Assembly: GCA_038087875.1 (NCBI GenBank)
Contig: CM075997.1
Span: 3,350,001 to 3,410,000 of the forward strand
Direction of reading: 5' to 3'
DNA length: 60,000 nt
Source: Malacoraja senta
Taxonomy: Eukaryota
Made by a program: the position numbers and the translations under genes. Shown one piece after another: positions 11,198 to 23,650 of the stretch; position 1 is the stretch's first letter; every line of letters begins with the position of its first letter. The notes beneath the pieces were generated by a model. That model had not been told where the DNA came from, did no database searches, and saw only the letters and a program-made list of their open reading frames with translations.

Positions 11198-13729
11198 ATC
11201 CCTCCACTCTGACTGGAATCCTTGAACACTGCAGAGCCAAGGATATCCAGTTCCCCTGTTTTCGTTTTTAGTTTTGTTTTAAGGGCACAGCATGGAAATA
11301 GGCCCTAGGGTTCTTAAAGATAGCGGAGCCAGGAGATATGGGGAGAAGGCAGGAATGGGGTACTGATTGGGGATAATCAGCCATGATCACATTGAATGGC
11401 GGTGCTTCTTCAGACTCCTACCCTTCTTCAGACTCCTACATTTTTCTGTTCCACTGTGGGGTCCCAAGGGTCCCAATTCAAAACATCGCCGATCCACGTC
11501 CTCCAGAGACACTGCCTGATCTGCTGAGTTACACACTGAACCGCTGAGTTACTCGATCACTTTGTTGGTTTAGATTAGCGATACGGTGTGGAAACAGGCC
11601 CTACAGCTCCCCAAGTCCGCAACGACCAGCGATCACCCCATCCAGTAGCATTGTCCTACACACCAGGGATAAACGGGGTACTGATTGGGGATGATCAGCC
11701 ATGATCACATTGAATGGCAGTGCTGGCTCAAAGAGCCGAATGGCCTCCTCCTGCACCTATTGTCTAATTTACAATTTTTACTAAAGCCGAACAAACCTAC
11801 AAACCCGTACGTCTTTGGAGTGTGGGAGAAGACCAGAGCACCCAGGGAAAATCGACATGGTCACGGGGAGTAGGTGCAAACTCCGTACAGACAGCACCCG
11901 TGGTCAGGATCCAACCCGGGTCTCTGGCGCTGTGAGGCAGCAACTCTACCGCTGTGCCACTGTGCCGCTAGTGTTCCAGAAAAGATTCCAGCACCTGCAG
12001 TTCCTTGTGTCCACATTTGACAACCATATTTGCTTACATAGAAATAATGGTATATTTCATTGACTGCAGTTCATCTTGGAATGCTCCCAAAAGAAATGAA
12101 AGACCATATGAAGAAATAAATACGTTCCTTCCTTCCGGCTATATTGTCCAGTTCCAGATGTCATAGATAAACTGAATTAACCAAAGACACTCATGTTTAT
12201 AGTCAGCATTTTTGAGAGAGAGTTCTGTTCAATGTATTTTTATCAAATTGTTGCCATGTGTAACACATATTCTTATTAATATAGAGAACCTCTAGGTGAA
12301 AGGTCAAGGCTTCTCATGCAGGGCATCAACAAGCTTGAGCAGAGCGGAAGATGAGAAACGTTCAGAAGTGTCATCTAATACCTTTGATGGAGTAAACGGG
12401 GTGAAATTGTTTCTCATGGGCGAAGGGCGGAAAAACAACTGGCTTCGTTTTAAGACAAATGGCAAATGAGCCAGAAATGATCTGAAGAAATGTGCAGGAA
12501 GGAATTTATTTTTGGACCAGCTCCGCTAGGCAGAGGAGAGTGTTAGTAGAGGGAAATTGGCTGGTTCTGCGGTCGAGAAAGAAACAGAGGGCTTTAAGGC
12601 CTTCCTGGTGGGGGGATGGAGGTACAGAGGGACAGAATGTCCGCATGAAGAAGGGTCTTGACCTGTGAAGTCACTTATTCCTTTTCTCCAGAGGTGCTGC
12701 TGAGTTACTCCAGCATTTTGTGCCTATGATCTGAAGAAAAATGGTTTCACTTAAGCGTGGTGAGGATTTAAAGTGTCTGATGTGTTGATAGAATCAAATA
12801 CTAAAGTAGTTTTCGAGCAGGAACGCGAGGGAGGAAAACACTGTGGGGACCTGGAAAACAGAGCAATGTGTGGGAGGGAATTGCAGATGCACTGAAGACA
12901 GACACTAAATGCTGGAGCAACTCAGCGGGACAGGCAGCATCTCTGGAGAAAAGGAATGGGCGACGTTTCGGGTCGAAACCCTTCTTCAGACTGAGAGAGG
13001 GAGACACGAAGAATATGTGAGCAATGGTTGGGATCACATTCGAGACACAAGAAACTGCAGGCGCTGCTTACAAAAAAAACAACAGAGTGATGGAGTACCT
13101 TAGCAGGTCAGGCAGCACCTCTGGAGAACACGGATAGGCGACATTTTCAGGTCGAGACCCTTCTTCTGACATGCTGCATGACTTGCTGAGCTACTCCAGC
13201 ACTTTGTTTGTGTTAAATGGTTGGAACCAACTGGACTGTTGTTCAAAAGTGGCAACCTGGAATCATTAGGCCTAATCCTGTCCTCCTGTAGGGCAATAAC
13301 CCCTTTTAAAAACAGGAGGGAAAATTAGGGGTAGATATAGAGTTTACCGAATCTTAGAGTCTGAAGAAGGGTCTCGACCCAAAACCATCACCCATTCCTT
13401 CCCTCCAGAGATGCTGCCAGTCTCGCTGAGTTACTCCAGCATTTTGTGTCTCATCTTTGGTGTAAACCAGCATCTGCAGTTCCTTCCGACACATTACATC
13501 TGAACATGTCACCAAACTCTTCTTTTCAATGCATTAAGCTCAGAGTGAGGATTGCAAAGAATGAATGAATCAATGAAATAATTAATCAATCAATCAATTA
13601 ATTAATTGATTGATTAATTGATTCGCTGATTAATAGGTTTATTGGCCAAGTATTCACATACAAGGAATTTGCCTTGGGGCTCCGCCCGCAAGTGACAACA
13701 TGACATACAGTGACAGTTAGGAATGAGCA

Positions 13730-13821
13730 CTCTAACCCCACTAAAACCCTCTAAACCCATCTAAACCCCTCTAAACCACTCTAAACCACTCTAAACCCAT
13801 CTAAACCCACCTAAACTACTC
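13730..13821. repeat. 10-bp tandem repeat (ctaaaccc(a/c)t-like, ~9 units)
   Basis: ctaaaaccct ctaaacccat ctaaacccct ctaaaccact ctaaaccact ctaaacccat ctaaacccac ctaaactact. Confidence 0.9.
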
Positions 13822-14133
13822 TCTGGGTCAAATGTCATATCTCCAGCTAAGGCCAGAGAATAACCCCCCCATGGCTTTTCTTTCTGCTACCAAACAATCA
13901 TGTCTGATCTTCCCAGTGGTCAACTCTTCTCCATCAAGTCACTGCCCCGAACAACTTCATCCAAGGACTAAGTGGTTGTTTCCACGTTGTATACTATATA
14001 GTATAGAGATACAGCATGGAAACAAGCCCTTCAGCCCACCGAGTCCACGCCAACCTGCTATCCCCGTACACTAACACTATCCTGCACACATTAGGGACAA
14101 TTTACAATTATATTATACAATTATATACAATTA

Positions 14134-14555
14134 TTCTAGTACTCGCTAGAATTTAGAAGATTGAGGGGGGATCTTATAGAAACGTACAAAATTCTTAAGG
14201 GGTTGGACAGGCTAGATGCAGGAAGATTGTTCCCGATGTTGGGGAAGTCCAGAACAAGGGGTCACAGTTTAAGGATAAGGGGGAAATCTTTTAGGACCGA
14301 GATGAGGAAAACATTTTTCACACAGAGAGTGGTGAATCTCTGGAATTCTCTGCCACAGAAGGTAGTTGAGGCCAGTTCATTGGCTATATTTAAGAGGGAG
14401 TTAGATGTGGCCCTTGTGGCTAAAGGGATCAGGGAGTATGGAGAGAAAGCAGGTACAGGATACTGAGTTGTATGATCAGCCATGATCATATTGAATGGCG
14501 GTGCAGGCTCAAAGGGCCGAATGGTTCTACTCGTGCACCTATTTTCTATGTTTCT
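14134..14555 (+). mobile_element. CR1 LINE 3' end inserted in a minus-strand SINE (~14000-14720)
   Basis: ORF 14161-14466 RGDLIETYKILKGLDRLDAG...FFTQRVVNLWNSLPQ; SINE halves on both sides. Confidence 0.85.
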
Positions 14556-15496
14556 ATTTTCTATACCAAGCTGATTAGCCGACAATTTGTACTTCTTTGG
14601 AGTGTGGGAGGAAACCGGAGATCCCGGAGAACATACAAACTCCGTTCAGACAGCATCCATAGTCAGGATCGAACCTGGGTCTCTTGTACTGTAAGGCAGC
14701 AACTCTACCGCTGCGCCATCTTGCCTTGTACACTGACGACCACCCAACTTCACCTCCCTTAACCCTTTCACTGCCTCCACATCGTCAGGCTGCGTGTCTG
14801 ACATCCACAACTAGATGAGCAGGACTTTCCTTCAACTAAACAATCCTCTCCTTACAGTCATCTGAGGCTGAACAAAACTGTTGGAAAAAAGTAAAGTGTT
14901 GAAGGAACCCAGCAGGTCAGGCAGCAGCTGAGAAGGGAATGGACAGATGACATTTCAGGTCAGGACCCTTCAGTAGACTGTTGGCAACATAGATATCATT
15001 TGATCCCAAGGCAAGATCCCAACAGCATGTCTGCACAATAATTCCTGGTTCATTACCGTTTCAACTTCTCCATCTTCCTTCAGTTCAACAGAAAATCCTA
15101 TCCATTAAGGTGAGAGGGGAAAGATTCAATAAGAATCAGTGGGGCAACTTTTTCCACACAGAGAGTGGTGGGTATATGGAATGAGCTGCCAGAGGAGGTT
15201 GTTGAGGCAGAAACTAAAACAACTTTTAAGTGTGCAGCCAAGATGGGGCAGTTTGGTTGGCCTGGACAAACAGAGCCAAGGGGCCTATTTCTCTGCTATA
15301 TAAGTCTATGGCATGCCTTTGCTATCTCTACTATATTAATGCACTTCTAGACTGTTTCTCCCACTCTGACAGAGTCATTCAAAACTCTGCTGCCCATCGA
15401 AACTCTCCCAAAATGTATCCTGACCTGTACTGGCTTTTTGTTACGTAACACCCAAATCTTAAAACTCTCAAAGTCTGTTTACTTATTTTTCAGTAT

Positions 15497-15798
15497 TGGG
15501 CGGCATGGTGGTAGAGTTGCTGCCTCACAGCGCCAGAGACCTGGGTTCGACCCTGACTACGGGTGCTATCCGTACAGAGTTTGTACGTTCTCCCTGTGAC
15601 TGCGTGGGTTATCCCTGGGTGCTCCGGCTTCCTCCCACACTCCAAAGATGTACATGTTTGTACGTTAATTGGCTTCGGTAAGGATTGTAAATTATCCCTA
15701 GTGTGTTGGATAGTGCTAATGTGTGGGGATTGCTGGTCGGCGTGGACTTGGTGTGTGGAAGGGCCTGTTTCCGTGCTGTATCTCTAAACTAAACTAAA
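15497..15798 (+). mobile_element. V-/HE1-type SINE
   Basis: Same organisation as 6143-6470. Confidence 0.85.
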
Positions 15799-15985
15799 CC
15801 CTGTTTCCAAATCCCTACCTATTCTCGTATGATCTCCTCCAGCCCCGTGAGATTTCTGGCTCCACCATTTAAGTGCTCATGAGTAGTTGTATCTGCTCCA
15901 CCATTGGCAAGTACGCCTTTAATTGCCTAGACCCTGAGCTCTGGATTTTCCTCCCTAATTGTCCTTGTCTCACATCTCTTTCACC

Positions 15986-16039
15986 GGGGTGGGAGATTGC
16001 AACCTTCACATGGTCCGCCCTGTTTCGACGAATGCAATC
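15986..16039 (+). ncRNA. HDV-like ribozyme (copy 1, L3 G-to-A variant)
   Basis: P1 GGGGUGG/CCGCCCU, P2 GAUUGCA/UGCAAUC, P3 ACC/GGU, L3 UUCACAU, J4/2 CGAA. Confidence 0.75.
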
Positions 16040-16114
16040 AAACCGACGTGCACAAGCAAGTACGATCAAATAGAACAAGTTGTCCTACAACTTTAGGCTG
16101 TACACAAGAAGAAG
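15986..16114 (+). mobile_element. Short (GAA)n-tailed retroposon headed by an HDV-like ribozyme (copy 1)
   Basis: 12-bp TSD atctctttc(a/t)cc at 15974-15985 and 16115-16126; homologous to 21886-22026. Confidence 0.85.
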
Positions 16115-16544
16115 ATCTCTTTCTCCCATTTAACAATGCTACTTTAAACCCTTCTCTTCCACCACACTATTGGTCATCTATCCTGTTATCCCCTTATGAA
16201 TCTCAGTCTTAAATTTGATATTGCCCCTGGAAAGTGATGTGGAACATTTACTGTATTAAAGTTCAGGTTAAATAGGTTGTTGTTGTGCATGAATGATGTG
16301 TATGAAGGATGCAGGCTCCTTTATAAATCTGTCTGCAAGCAGGATTTGGAGCCAAATCCAATAAGAACATGATTTAACTTGTTGTTTAACCTGTCTCAAT
16401 TAGCTTTCTTCTGCAGGTGGCCTTGTTTATCTTAACCACAAATCCAAGCCATCATTTCTACCTAGAGAGGGTTACATTTTGAATTGGTCATGGTGAACCT
16501 CTAATTTGGTCTTCTTACACTGCTAAATGGTGGAGGGTTTTTTC

Positions 16545-17335
16545 TAAGCAACTCGAACGGCCAGGAACGAAGGAGACTACAAAAAGTGGTGAGCACAGCC
16601 AGGTCCATCACGGGTACTGACCTTCCCACCATTGTTTAGTTTAGTTTAGAGATGCAACGCGTATACAGGCCCTACGGCCCACCATATCTGCACTGCACAG
16701 TAACACTAGCTCTACGCACACTCGGGACAATTTACATTTATACCAAGCCAATTAACCTACAAACAAACCTACAAACATGTACGTCTTTGGAGTGTGGGAG
16801 GAAACCGAAGATCTCTGAGAAACCCCACGCAGGAGAACATACAAACTCCGTACAGACAAAGCAACCATTGTCAGGATGGAACCCAGGTCTCTGGCGCTGT
16901 AAGTCAGTAGCTCTACCTCTACACCACCGTGCTGCCCATTGAAGGGATCTATAGGAGGAACTGCCTTAGACGGGCAGCCAGCATCATCAGGAACCCACAC
17001 CACCTTGCCCATGGATTCATTTCACTCTTGCCATTGGGAAGAAGGTATGGGAGTTTGAAAACTGTGAGGTCCAAGTTCAAGAACAGCTTCTTATCAACAA
17101 CCATTGGGCTATTGAACACTATGAGCACCAACCAAACTCCAAACTGCCTGGGTTGCACGAGGAATTTTGAGCTTTGTTTTGCTTTTTGTACTATATTATT
17201 TTTTTATTTGATGAACTTTTTCAATGTATATTATATTCTCTGTTGAGCACTGTGTTTACAAACCTGCTATGCTGCTGCAAGTAAAAATGTCATTGTTGCA
17301 GTCTGTACATATGACAATAAAACACTCTTGACTCG
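16545..17335 (+). mobile_element. Rex1/Babar-type LINE 3' fragment split by a minus-strand SINE (~16634-16935)
   Basis: LPIEGIYRRNCLRRAASIIRNPHH...GRRYGSLK; 3' end tgacaataaaacactcttgact. Confidence 0.75.
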
Positions 17336-18349
17336 AGCATTCTTGGTAAAATGGAAACACAAGAGACTGCCGATGCTGGAATCTTCAGGAAAGGAGAAAG
17401 TGCTGGAGGAACGCAGCAGCAACCTGCAGTTAGTGCCCACTGTGAATTGCCATAAGTCATAAGGAATAGGAGTAGAATTAGGCCATTTGGCCCATCAAGT
17501 CTACTCTGCCATTCAATCATGGCTGATCTATCTCTCCCTCCTCTCCCCATTCTCCTGCCTTCTCCCCATTATCTCATGACAATAAACTCACTTGACTTGA
17601 CTTGACTTGACTAACCTCTGACACCTGTACTAATCAAAAATCTATCCATCTCTGCCTTAAAAATATCCACTGACTTGTCCTCCACAGCCTTTTGTGGCAA
17701 AGAATTCCACAGATTCACCACCCTCTGTCTAAAGAAGTTTCTTCTAAAAGAACGTCCTTTAATAATTTAATTGTCCCTGAACAAACAAGCTTCTTGGGCC
17801 ATTTCAGAGGCCAGTTACCCACACTGGTGGGCCACACAGGCTAGACTAGGAACGAAGATCAGATGTCTATTGATGAACATCTGCACTCAAAATTCCCAAA
17901 TGGATAAAATCGTCTTACTGGATGTCCCACCCCATGCAGCTGCTGGAAGGTCACCAGTTTGACACTCTGTTGGCAGAAATCCTAAACGGAATACATTCCT
18001 TCTGCCTGGTTGCAACACACCAATGCTAAGCAGATAATTTACTCCATATTTTGGTCAAATGCCTGCGTGCAACTTGGTCTTTGATTAGAATCGAGCCTAT
18101 AACTCATCGTCTGATAGATAGAAGAGCAGACATTCAGATAGACAAATGGGGAAAGGCAGACATATTATACATCTGAATCTCCTGTATGATTTAAGAAACA
18201 AAAGGTTTAGAAATGCTTAACAGGTCAGTCAGCATCTGTGGATGGAGACATCAAGTAAATATCTGGTCAATTACCTCTCAAAATAAATTATATAACTTGA
18301 AATGTTAAAATCTGTTTCTTTCTCCAATGTCGACTGACCTGCTTTGTAA

Positions 18350-18528
18350 CTGTTTAAGAAGGAACTGCAGATGCTGGAAAAATCGAAGGTAGATAAAAAT
18401 GCTGGAGAAACTCAGCGGCTGAGGCAGCATCTATGGAGCGAAGGAATAGGTGACGTTTCAGGTCGAGACCCTTCTTCATTTCTCGACCCGAAACTTCACC
18501 TATTCCTTCGCTCCATAGATGCTGCCTC
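18350..18528. mobile_element. PLE palindromic insertion inside an older PLE palindrome
   Basis: 13-bp TSD acctgctttgtaa at 18337-18349 and 18529-18541. Confidence 0.8.
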
Positions 18529-19282
18529 ACCTGCTTTGTAAGTACATCAGTTTCTGGTTTTATTTCAGATTTTCAGCAACTGTAGCTTGTTGGTTTACCT
18601 TTACGATTTAATACAGGTAGTTCTGCTATAATACAATAGTTGTGTTCATAAGAGTCTGCGTGTTATAGAAAATAGACACAATAGACTGGAGTAACTCAGC
18701 GGAACAGGCAGCATCTCTGGAGAGGAGGAATGGGTCACGTTTCAGGTCAAAACCCTTCTTCAGACAAGAATATTATAGAAAATCATATTGTATTGTCAAC
18801 GGGGAAAGGAGGTTAGAGGCTAGAGAGTTTCTGTCTCACAATAACAAAGTTATTTTTCCCACAAGAGTTTCTAAAATTATGGTCTTTCTAATTGCAACAA
18901 GTTCATTTTTGTTACTCAAGTTAAAAATAGTGAAGGGTGCATGTTATATTGTTTAATAGAAGATCATTACACAAGTGTCAATAGAGGCGATTGTTTTTCA
19001 TTTTCAATGGACACTGTGGTTAAAGTACCAGCTGTGTTGTTAATAAACCATGGTGTCTTCACCTACTGTGAAGATGTTATATGGACACAGTTTTCTCCCC
19101 CTATACTGTTTACATCCAAGACAGCTTTTTCTACGTGTCATCACTGGCGTGTATTCAATTTGTTTTGTGGAAACAGGCATTGCGGCAAAACTACCTATGG
19201 TCCGAAATCTCTGAAACCATTAATTGAATTGAACATTCAAAATAGCAGTGTTCTCTACAAGATGAATATGATTGTGGCCACA

Positions 19283-19830
19283 ATCATGGCTGATCTATCT
19301 TTCCCTCTCAGCCCCATTCTCCTGCTTTCTCCCTGATCCCTGACACCCCTACTAATCAAGAATCTGTCAATCTCCGCCATAAAAATATCCATTGACTTAG
19401 CCTCCACAGCCTTCTGTGGCAACGTATTCCACAGATTCCTTGATTCCTCCTCATCTAGTTTCTGAAGATACATCCTTTTATTCTGAGGCTGTGACCTCTG
19501 GTCCTAGACTCCCATTAGTGGAAACATCCTCTCCACATCCACTCTATCCAGGCCTTTCACTGTTGTGTGTCTCAATGAGGTCCTCACTCATCCTTCTAAA
19601 CTCCAGCGAGCACAGGCCCAGTGCCATCAAAAGCTCATCTTATGTTAAACCAATCTTTCATGGGATAATTCTCGTAAACCTCCTCCAGACCCTCCCCAAC
19701 GCCAGCACAACTTTCCTCAGGTATAGGGCTCAAAACAGCTCACAATGCTCCAAATGAAGTCTGACCAGTGCCTTATAAAGCCTCAGCATTACATCCCTGT
19801 TGTTATATTCCAGAGCCTCAGCATTACATC
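19283..19830 (-). mobile_element. CR1 LINE fragment
   Basis: Minus-strand RNLWNTLPQKAVEAKS; homologous to 30415-30870. Confidence 0.8.
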
Positions 19831-20800
19831 CCTGGTTTTATATTCTAGAGCCTCAACATTAAATCCCTGTTTATATATTGTAGTACATCAATGGTTCCTT
19901 TCTTATTCTCATTTATTTCCAAAGCATTTTGTTGTCAGTGGTGTATCATTGCAAGATGGCCAATTTGCAAATAAAGAGCTGCAAAAGCATCCAGAATATT
20001 GAAATCAGCATTGACCATATTTAAGCAAGGCCATTAATGCATTGGAAGTCAGTTCAGAGAAGGCTTCTGAGACGAATATGTGGACAATAGGCCCCACTAG
20101 GATGCATCTGCTGAAGTTTGGAAGAGTAGGAGGAGAAGACTGAAACATTTAAGTTCATAAGATCACAAGTGATAGGAGCAGAATTAGACCATTCGGCCCA
20201 TCAAGTCTATTCCTCCATTCAATCATGGCTGATCCATCTCCCTCCTAACCCTACTCTCCTGCCTTCTCCCCATAAATAAGAAAATAAGTTCTTGAAGGGT
20301 GTAACAATGTGGATGAGGAGAGGATGCTTCTTCTTGTGGGAGAATCTAGAATGGCAGAGCAGGTCAGGCTAAATGACTTACTCCTGCTCCTTATGGTTTG
20401 AATGATTTTGGTATTGTTTGAATAGTTTGCACATGTTCCCCTGATATTCTTGGAAATAATACCATGAGATCTATTGCATTCACCTGAAAGGAAAAGTCAG
20501 GCTCAATTTAAAATATTATATAGGCAGACCAACAATGTAGCATCCCTTCAGTACTGTCCTGAGATTGTCAGAAGATAGACACAAAATGCTGGAGTAAATC
20601 AGCAGGACGGGCAGCATCTCTGGAGAGAAGAATGGGTGACGTTTCGAACCTTCTTCAGACCTGAGATTTTTAGACTGGTTTATTAAAAAATGTGGAGATA
20701 GATTCAGCACTTGCTGAGTATCATATAAATCTAAATTATGTATTTTGATTATTAAACTTCAATGAGTACCTTGTCAACTAGATGTACATAGAATGTTTAG

Positions 20801-20930
20801 TCTGAAGAAGGGTCTCGACCCGAAACGTCACCCATTCCTTCTCTCCAGAGATGCTGCCTGTCCCGCTGAGTTACTCCAGCATTTTAGGTCTATCTTTGGT
20901 TTAAACCAGCATCTGCAGTTCCTTCCTACA
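20801..20930 (+). mobile_element. Solo PLE terminal repeat with intact hammerhead core
   Basis: ctgaaga-a-gggt(ctcg)accc-gaaac-gtc at 20802-20829; 14-bp TSD cat(a/c)gaatgtttag at 20787-20800 and 20931-20944. Confidence 0.85.
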
Positions 20931-21885
20931 CATCGAATGTTTAGAACGCAGGTCTAATAGGCAAAGTATTGTCAAAGTGCAGACACTATTGTAACGCAGG
21001 AATAATAAAAGGCAATTGGTAAATAGTGGCATTCCACAAACAATTAAGAACACAACCACATAATCTTTATTTTAGTTATGTAGATTATTGCGTGGATGCT
21101 GGCGAGAACTATCCTGCTGATTTTGTTTATTACAATTGCTCTTGAAAATGACTTAATTGGATGGGAAATATTTCAGGAAATCCTGACACCCTGAGAGGTG
21201 CTGCATCCAAACAACTCCTTTCTTTCAAACAGCTGGATTTCATTAACTCTGTTACAATTTCCCCTGCACAGATGTCACATTGGGTTTGGTGGGTATAATG
21301 GGCCAATATCTGGGTACAAACAGGATGACACTGGGAAAAATGGCAGTCACATTGGTCGGGTTCGAGGACAACAGTATTACATGCTGTGACATACCGTGGC
21401 TTAGAATTTGATGGCAAAATAGCCAGAAGCCAGTATTAGTGTAAAAATATTGCAAAATCAGTGACAAGGGAAAATCTCCACCTTTCCTTGATCATTGTTG
21501 CTGCCGTTGATTTGTTCTTTTCAATAGACAATAGACAATAGGTGCAGGAGTAGGCCATTCGGCCCTTAGAGCCAGCACCACCATTCAATGTGATCATGGC
21601 TGATCATCCCCAATCAGTACCCCGTTCCTGCCTTCTCCCCATATCCCCTGACTCCGCTATCTTTAAGAGCCCTATCTAGCTCTCTCTTGAAAGCATCCAG
21701 AGAACCTGCCTTTTCATACCTTTCATTCGTTTGTTTTTTTGTACCGTTTAATGTACCACTCCCCGGACTCTTAGTCTGAAGAAGGGTCTCGACCTGAAAC
21801 GTCACCTACTCCTTCTCTCAAATCGTGCTGCCTGACCCGCTGAGTTATTCCAGCATTTTGTGTCTATCGACAAGGGAAAATCACT

Positions 21886-21939
21886 GGGGTGGACGATTGC
21901 AACCTTCACGTGGTCCGCCCTGTTTCGACGAATGCAATC
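21886..21939 (+). ncRNA. Minimal HDV/CPEB3-like self-cleaving ribozyme (copy 2, intact)
   Basis: P1 21886-92/21915-21 (G1.U wobble), P2 21895-901/21933-39, P3 21902-04/21912-14, L3 UUCACGU, catalytic-C position 21929 in CGAA. Confidence 0.85.
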
Positions 21940-22026
21940 AACCTGGCGTGCACAATCAAGTAGGATCAAATAGAACAAGTTGTCCTACAACTTTAGGCTG
22001 TGCACGCCACACGCAAGAAGAAGAAG
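21886..22026 (+). mobile_element. Short (GAA)n-tailed retroposon headed by an HDV-like ribozyme (copy 2)
   Basis: Perfect 14-bp TSD aagggaaaatcact at 21872-21885 and 22027-22040; 3' stem tggcgtgcaca/tgtgcacgcca; (gaa)n tail. Confidence 0.9.
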
Positions 22027-22136
22027 AAGGGAAAATCACTTGGTTTCAATCACCCAACTCTTTAACTTCGCAATGCCCAGTGTTTATCTTCAAAAAGATG
22101 AATATAATTCCTAATTAAACTTATCATGGGGCTTTA

Positions 22137-22452
22137 TGGCCCTGTCCCACTGTACGTTCATTCAAGTGCTCCCCCGAGTTTAAAAAAAAATCAAACTCGT
22201 GGTAAGCACGTAGAATGAACGTAGCGGGTACGTCGGAGCTCGGGGACGTCTCTTAGCGGCTCGTAACGCTAACGGCAGGTACTCGGGAAACGCGGTAAGC
22301 CCGGGAACACTCGTAAAGATTTTTCAACATGTTGAAAAATGTCCACGAGAGCCCCGAGTACCGACGAGCGGCTATTACCGTAAATCTCCGAGTTCGAATC
22401 AGGGCAAACTCGGGAGAACTCTTTGAATGAACTCGCACAGTGGGACAGGGCT
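22137..22452. mobile_element. PIF/Harbinger-type MITE related to 4937-5333
   Basis: TIR gccctgtcccactgt/acagtgggacagggc; flanked by TTA; CpG-rich interior similar to the first copy. Confidence 0.8.
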
Positions 22453-23311
22453 TTAGGACTGTTATTTAGCAAACTAAGAACCATTTAATGATGTGATTGA
22501 TCTTTATCAATTATATTCAACTTTCCAAGCTCAGAAACATAACAACTGAACCAGTGAACAACTTAAACAGTGAAATCGTATTCCCACAGCTGATAAATAA
22601 AGCAGATTTTTGAGAAAACTTTACAGAGGACAAATGTATCCTCTTATACAAGAACTAAACACAGACCAGTGGAATTAAATTCCAGTTCAATGTGAAACCA
22701 CATATGCAGTGTTTGGAGCAGTGTTTTTGTTAATTGTCTTTTTCTGTCCTTTTTTTCTGTCTCATTTTAATTCAGTTTTGTTTTCCATATTAATTCAGTA
22801 TCTTATTATCCAAGGAGAAAGATAGTTTGTGCCTTTCTGCATCAAGGTTCTGGATAATCCATGACTTTTGCCATCAGCTTATTTTTCCATTAATTTGTAG
22901 GCCAAAAATATGTTTCTGCTGAAACGGTAGAAAAGAAGTATAACTAAGCAGATGACCAGGTGCAGGAAAAACCTAGCTTATTATTAAAGCAATTCAGCAG
23001 TTATGGGCATACCAATTGTGGAAATGTCCTTAATGTTATGTTAAAGGACATAATTGAAAAGCTTTTGTCGATTAAAATATTGCTTCCCACAGTTGCGATT
23101 CATAATAAAAACACTGGTAACTACAGAGTGAAGAATGGGGAGAATGCATTGTACAGAAATTTCTAAAGCTGAATTTATGTACCAACACAAAAAAAACGAT
23201 GCTTTAAAGAGAAAAAATGTGAAATATTTATCATATGAATACAATGTTCTCCAGCTCAACAGCAAATTTCCAAAATAACTTTTTCTGCAGAAGTAATCAG
23301 AGATTTCTTAC

Positions 23312-23650
23312 CAGAATAAACTGTCCATTCAGATTCTAAACAGCTTTTGTCCTTTTTGTTTCTTCTCCAACTGAGATAAATTGATGAAAAGAAAAGCTGG
23401 AGATTCTGTGTGTGTATCAGCACAGAGTGTTCTGTAGTCACTAGATCCCGAGCAGGCAGCACACAGCTGGAGTATCGAGAAGAATTCTTAACGTCAAGCA
23501 GTCACTCCGGCATCTGCCTTGAAGTGTGAGAGTGTGTGCAGTGAGAAGGAATGGAGAGGGGAGGGGAGGGAAGGTTAACACACTGCAGCTTCAACAGACT
23601 CAGGAAATACTGACGTCAGAATGGCAACTTTGCCTAAGCTTATCCACAGC
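23312..23650 (-). promoter_or_regulatory. Putative promoter and non-coding first exon of a leftward-transcribed gene
   Basis: Repeat-free block; ETS-like caggaaat (23601-08) next to a perfect CRE tgacgtca (23611-18); purine tract; minus-strand donor CTG|GTAAGA at 23312/23311. Confidence 0.35.

Noticed and set aside
13730..13821. Interstitial telomere
   Set aside because: Period is 10 bp, not vertebrate TTAGGG.
18612..18800. Tigger/Tc1-like terminus (ta-caggtagttctgctataa)
   Set aside because: No convincing matching right TIR found by eye.
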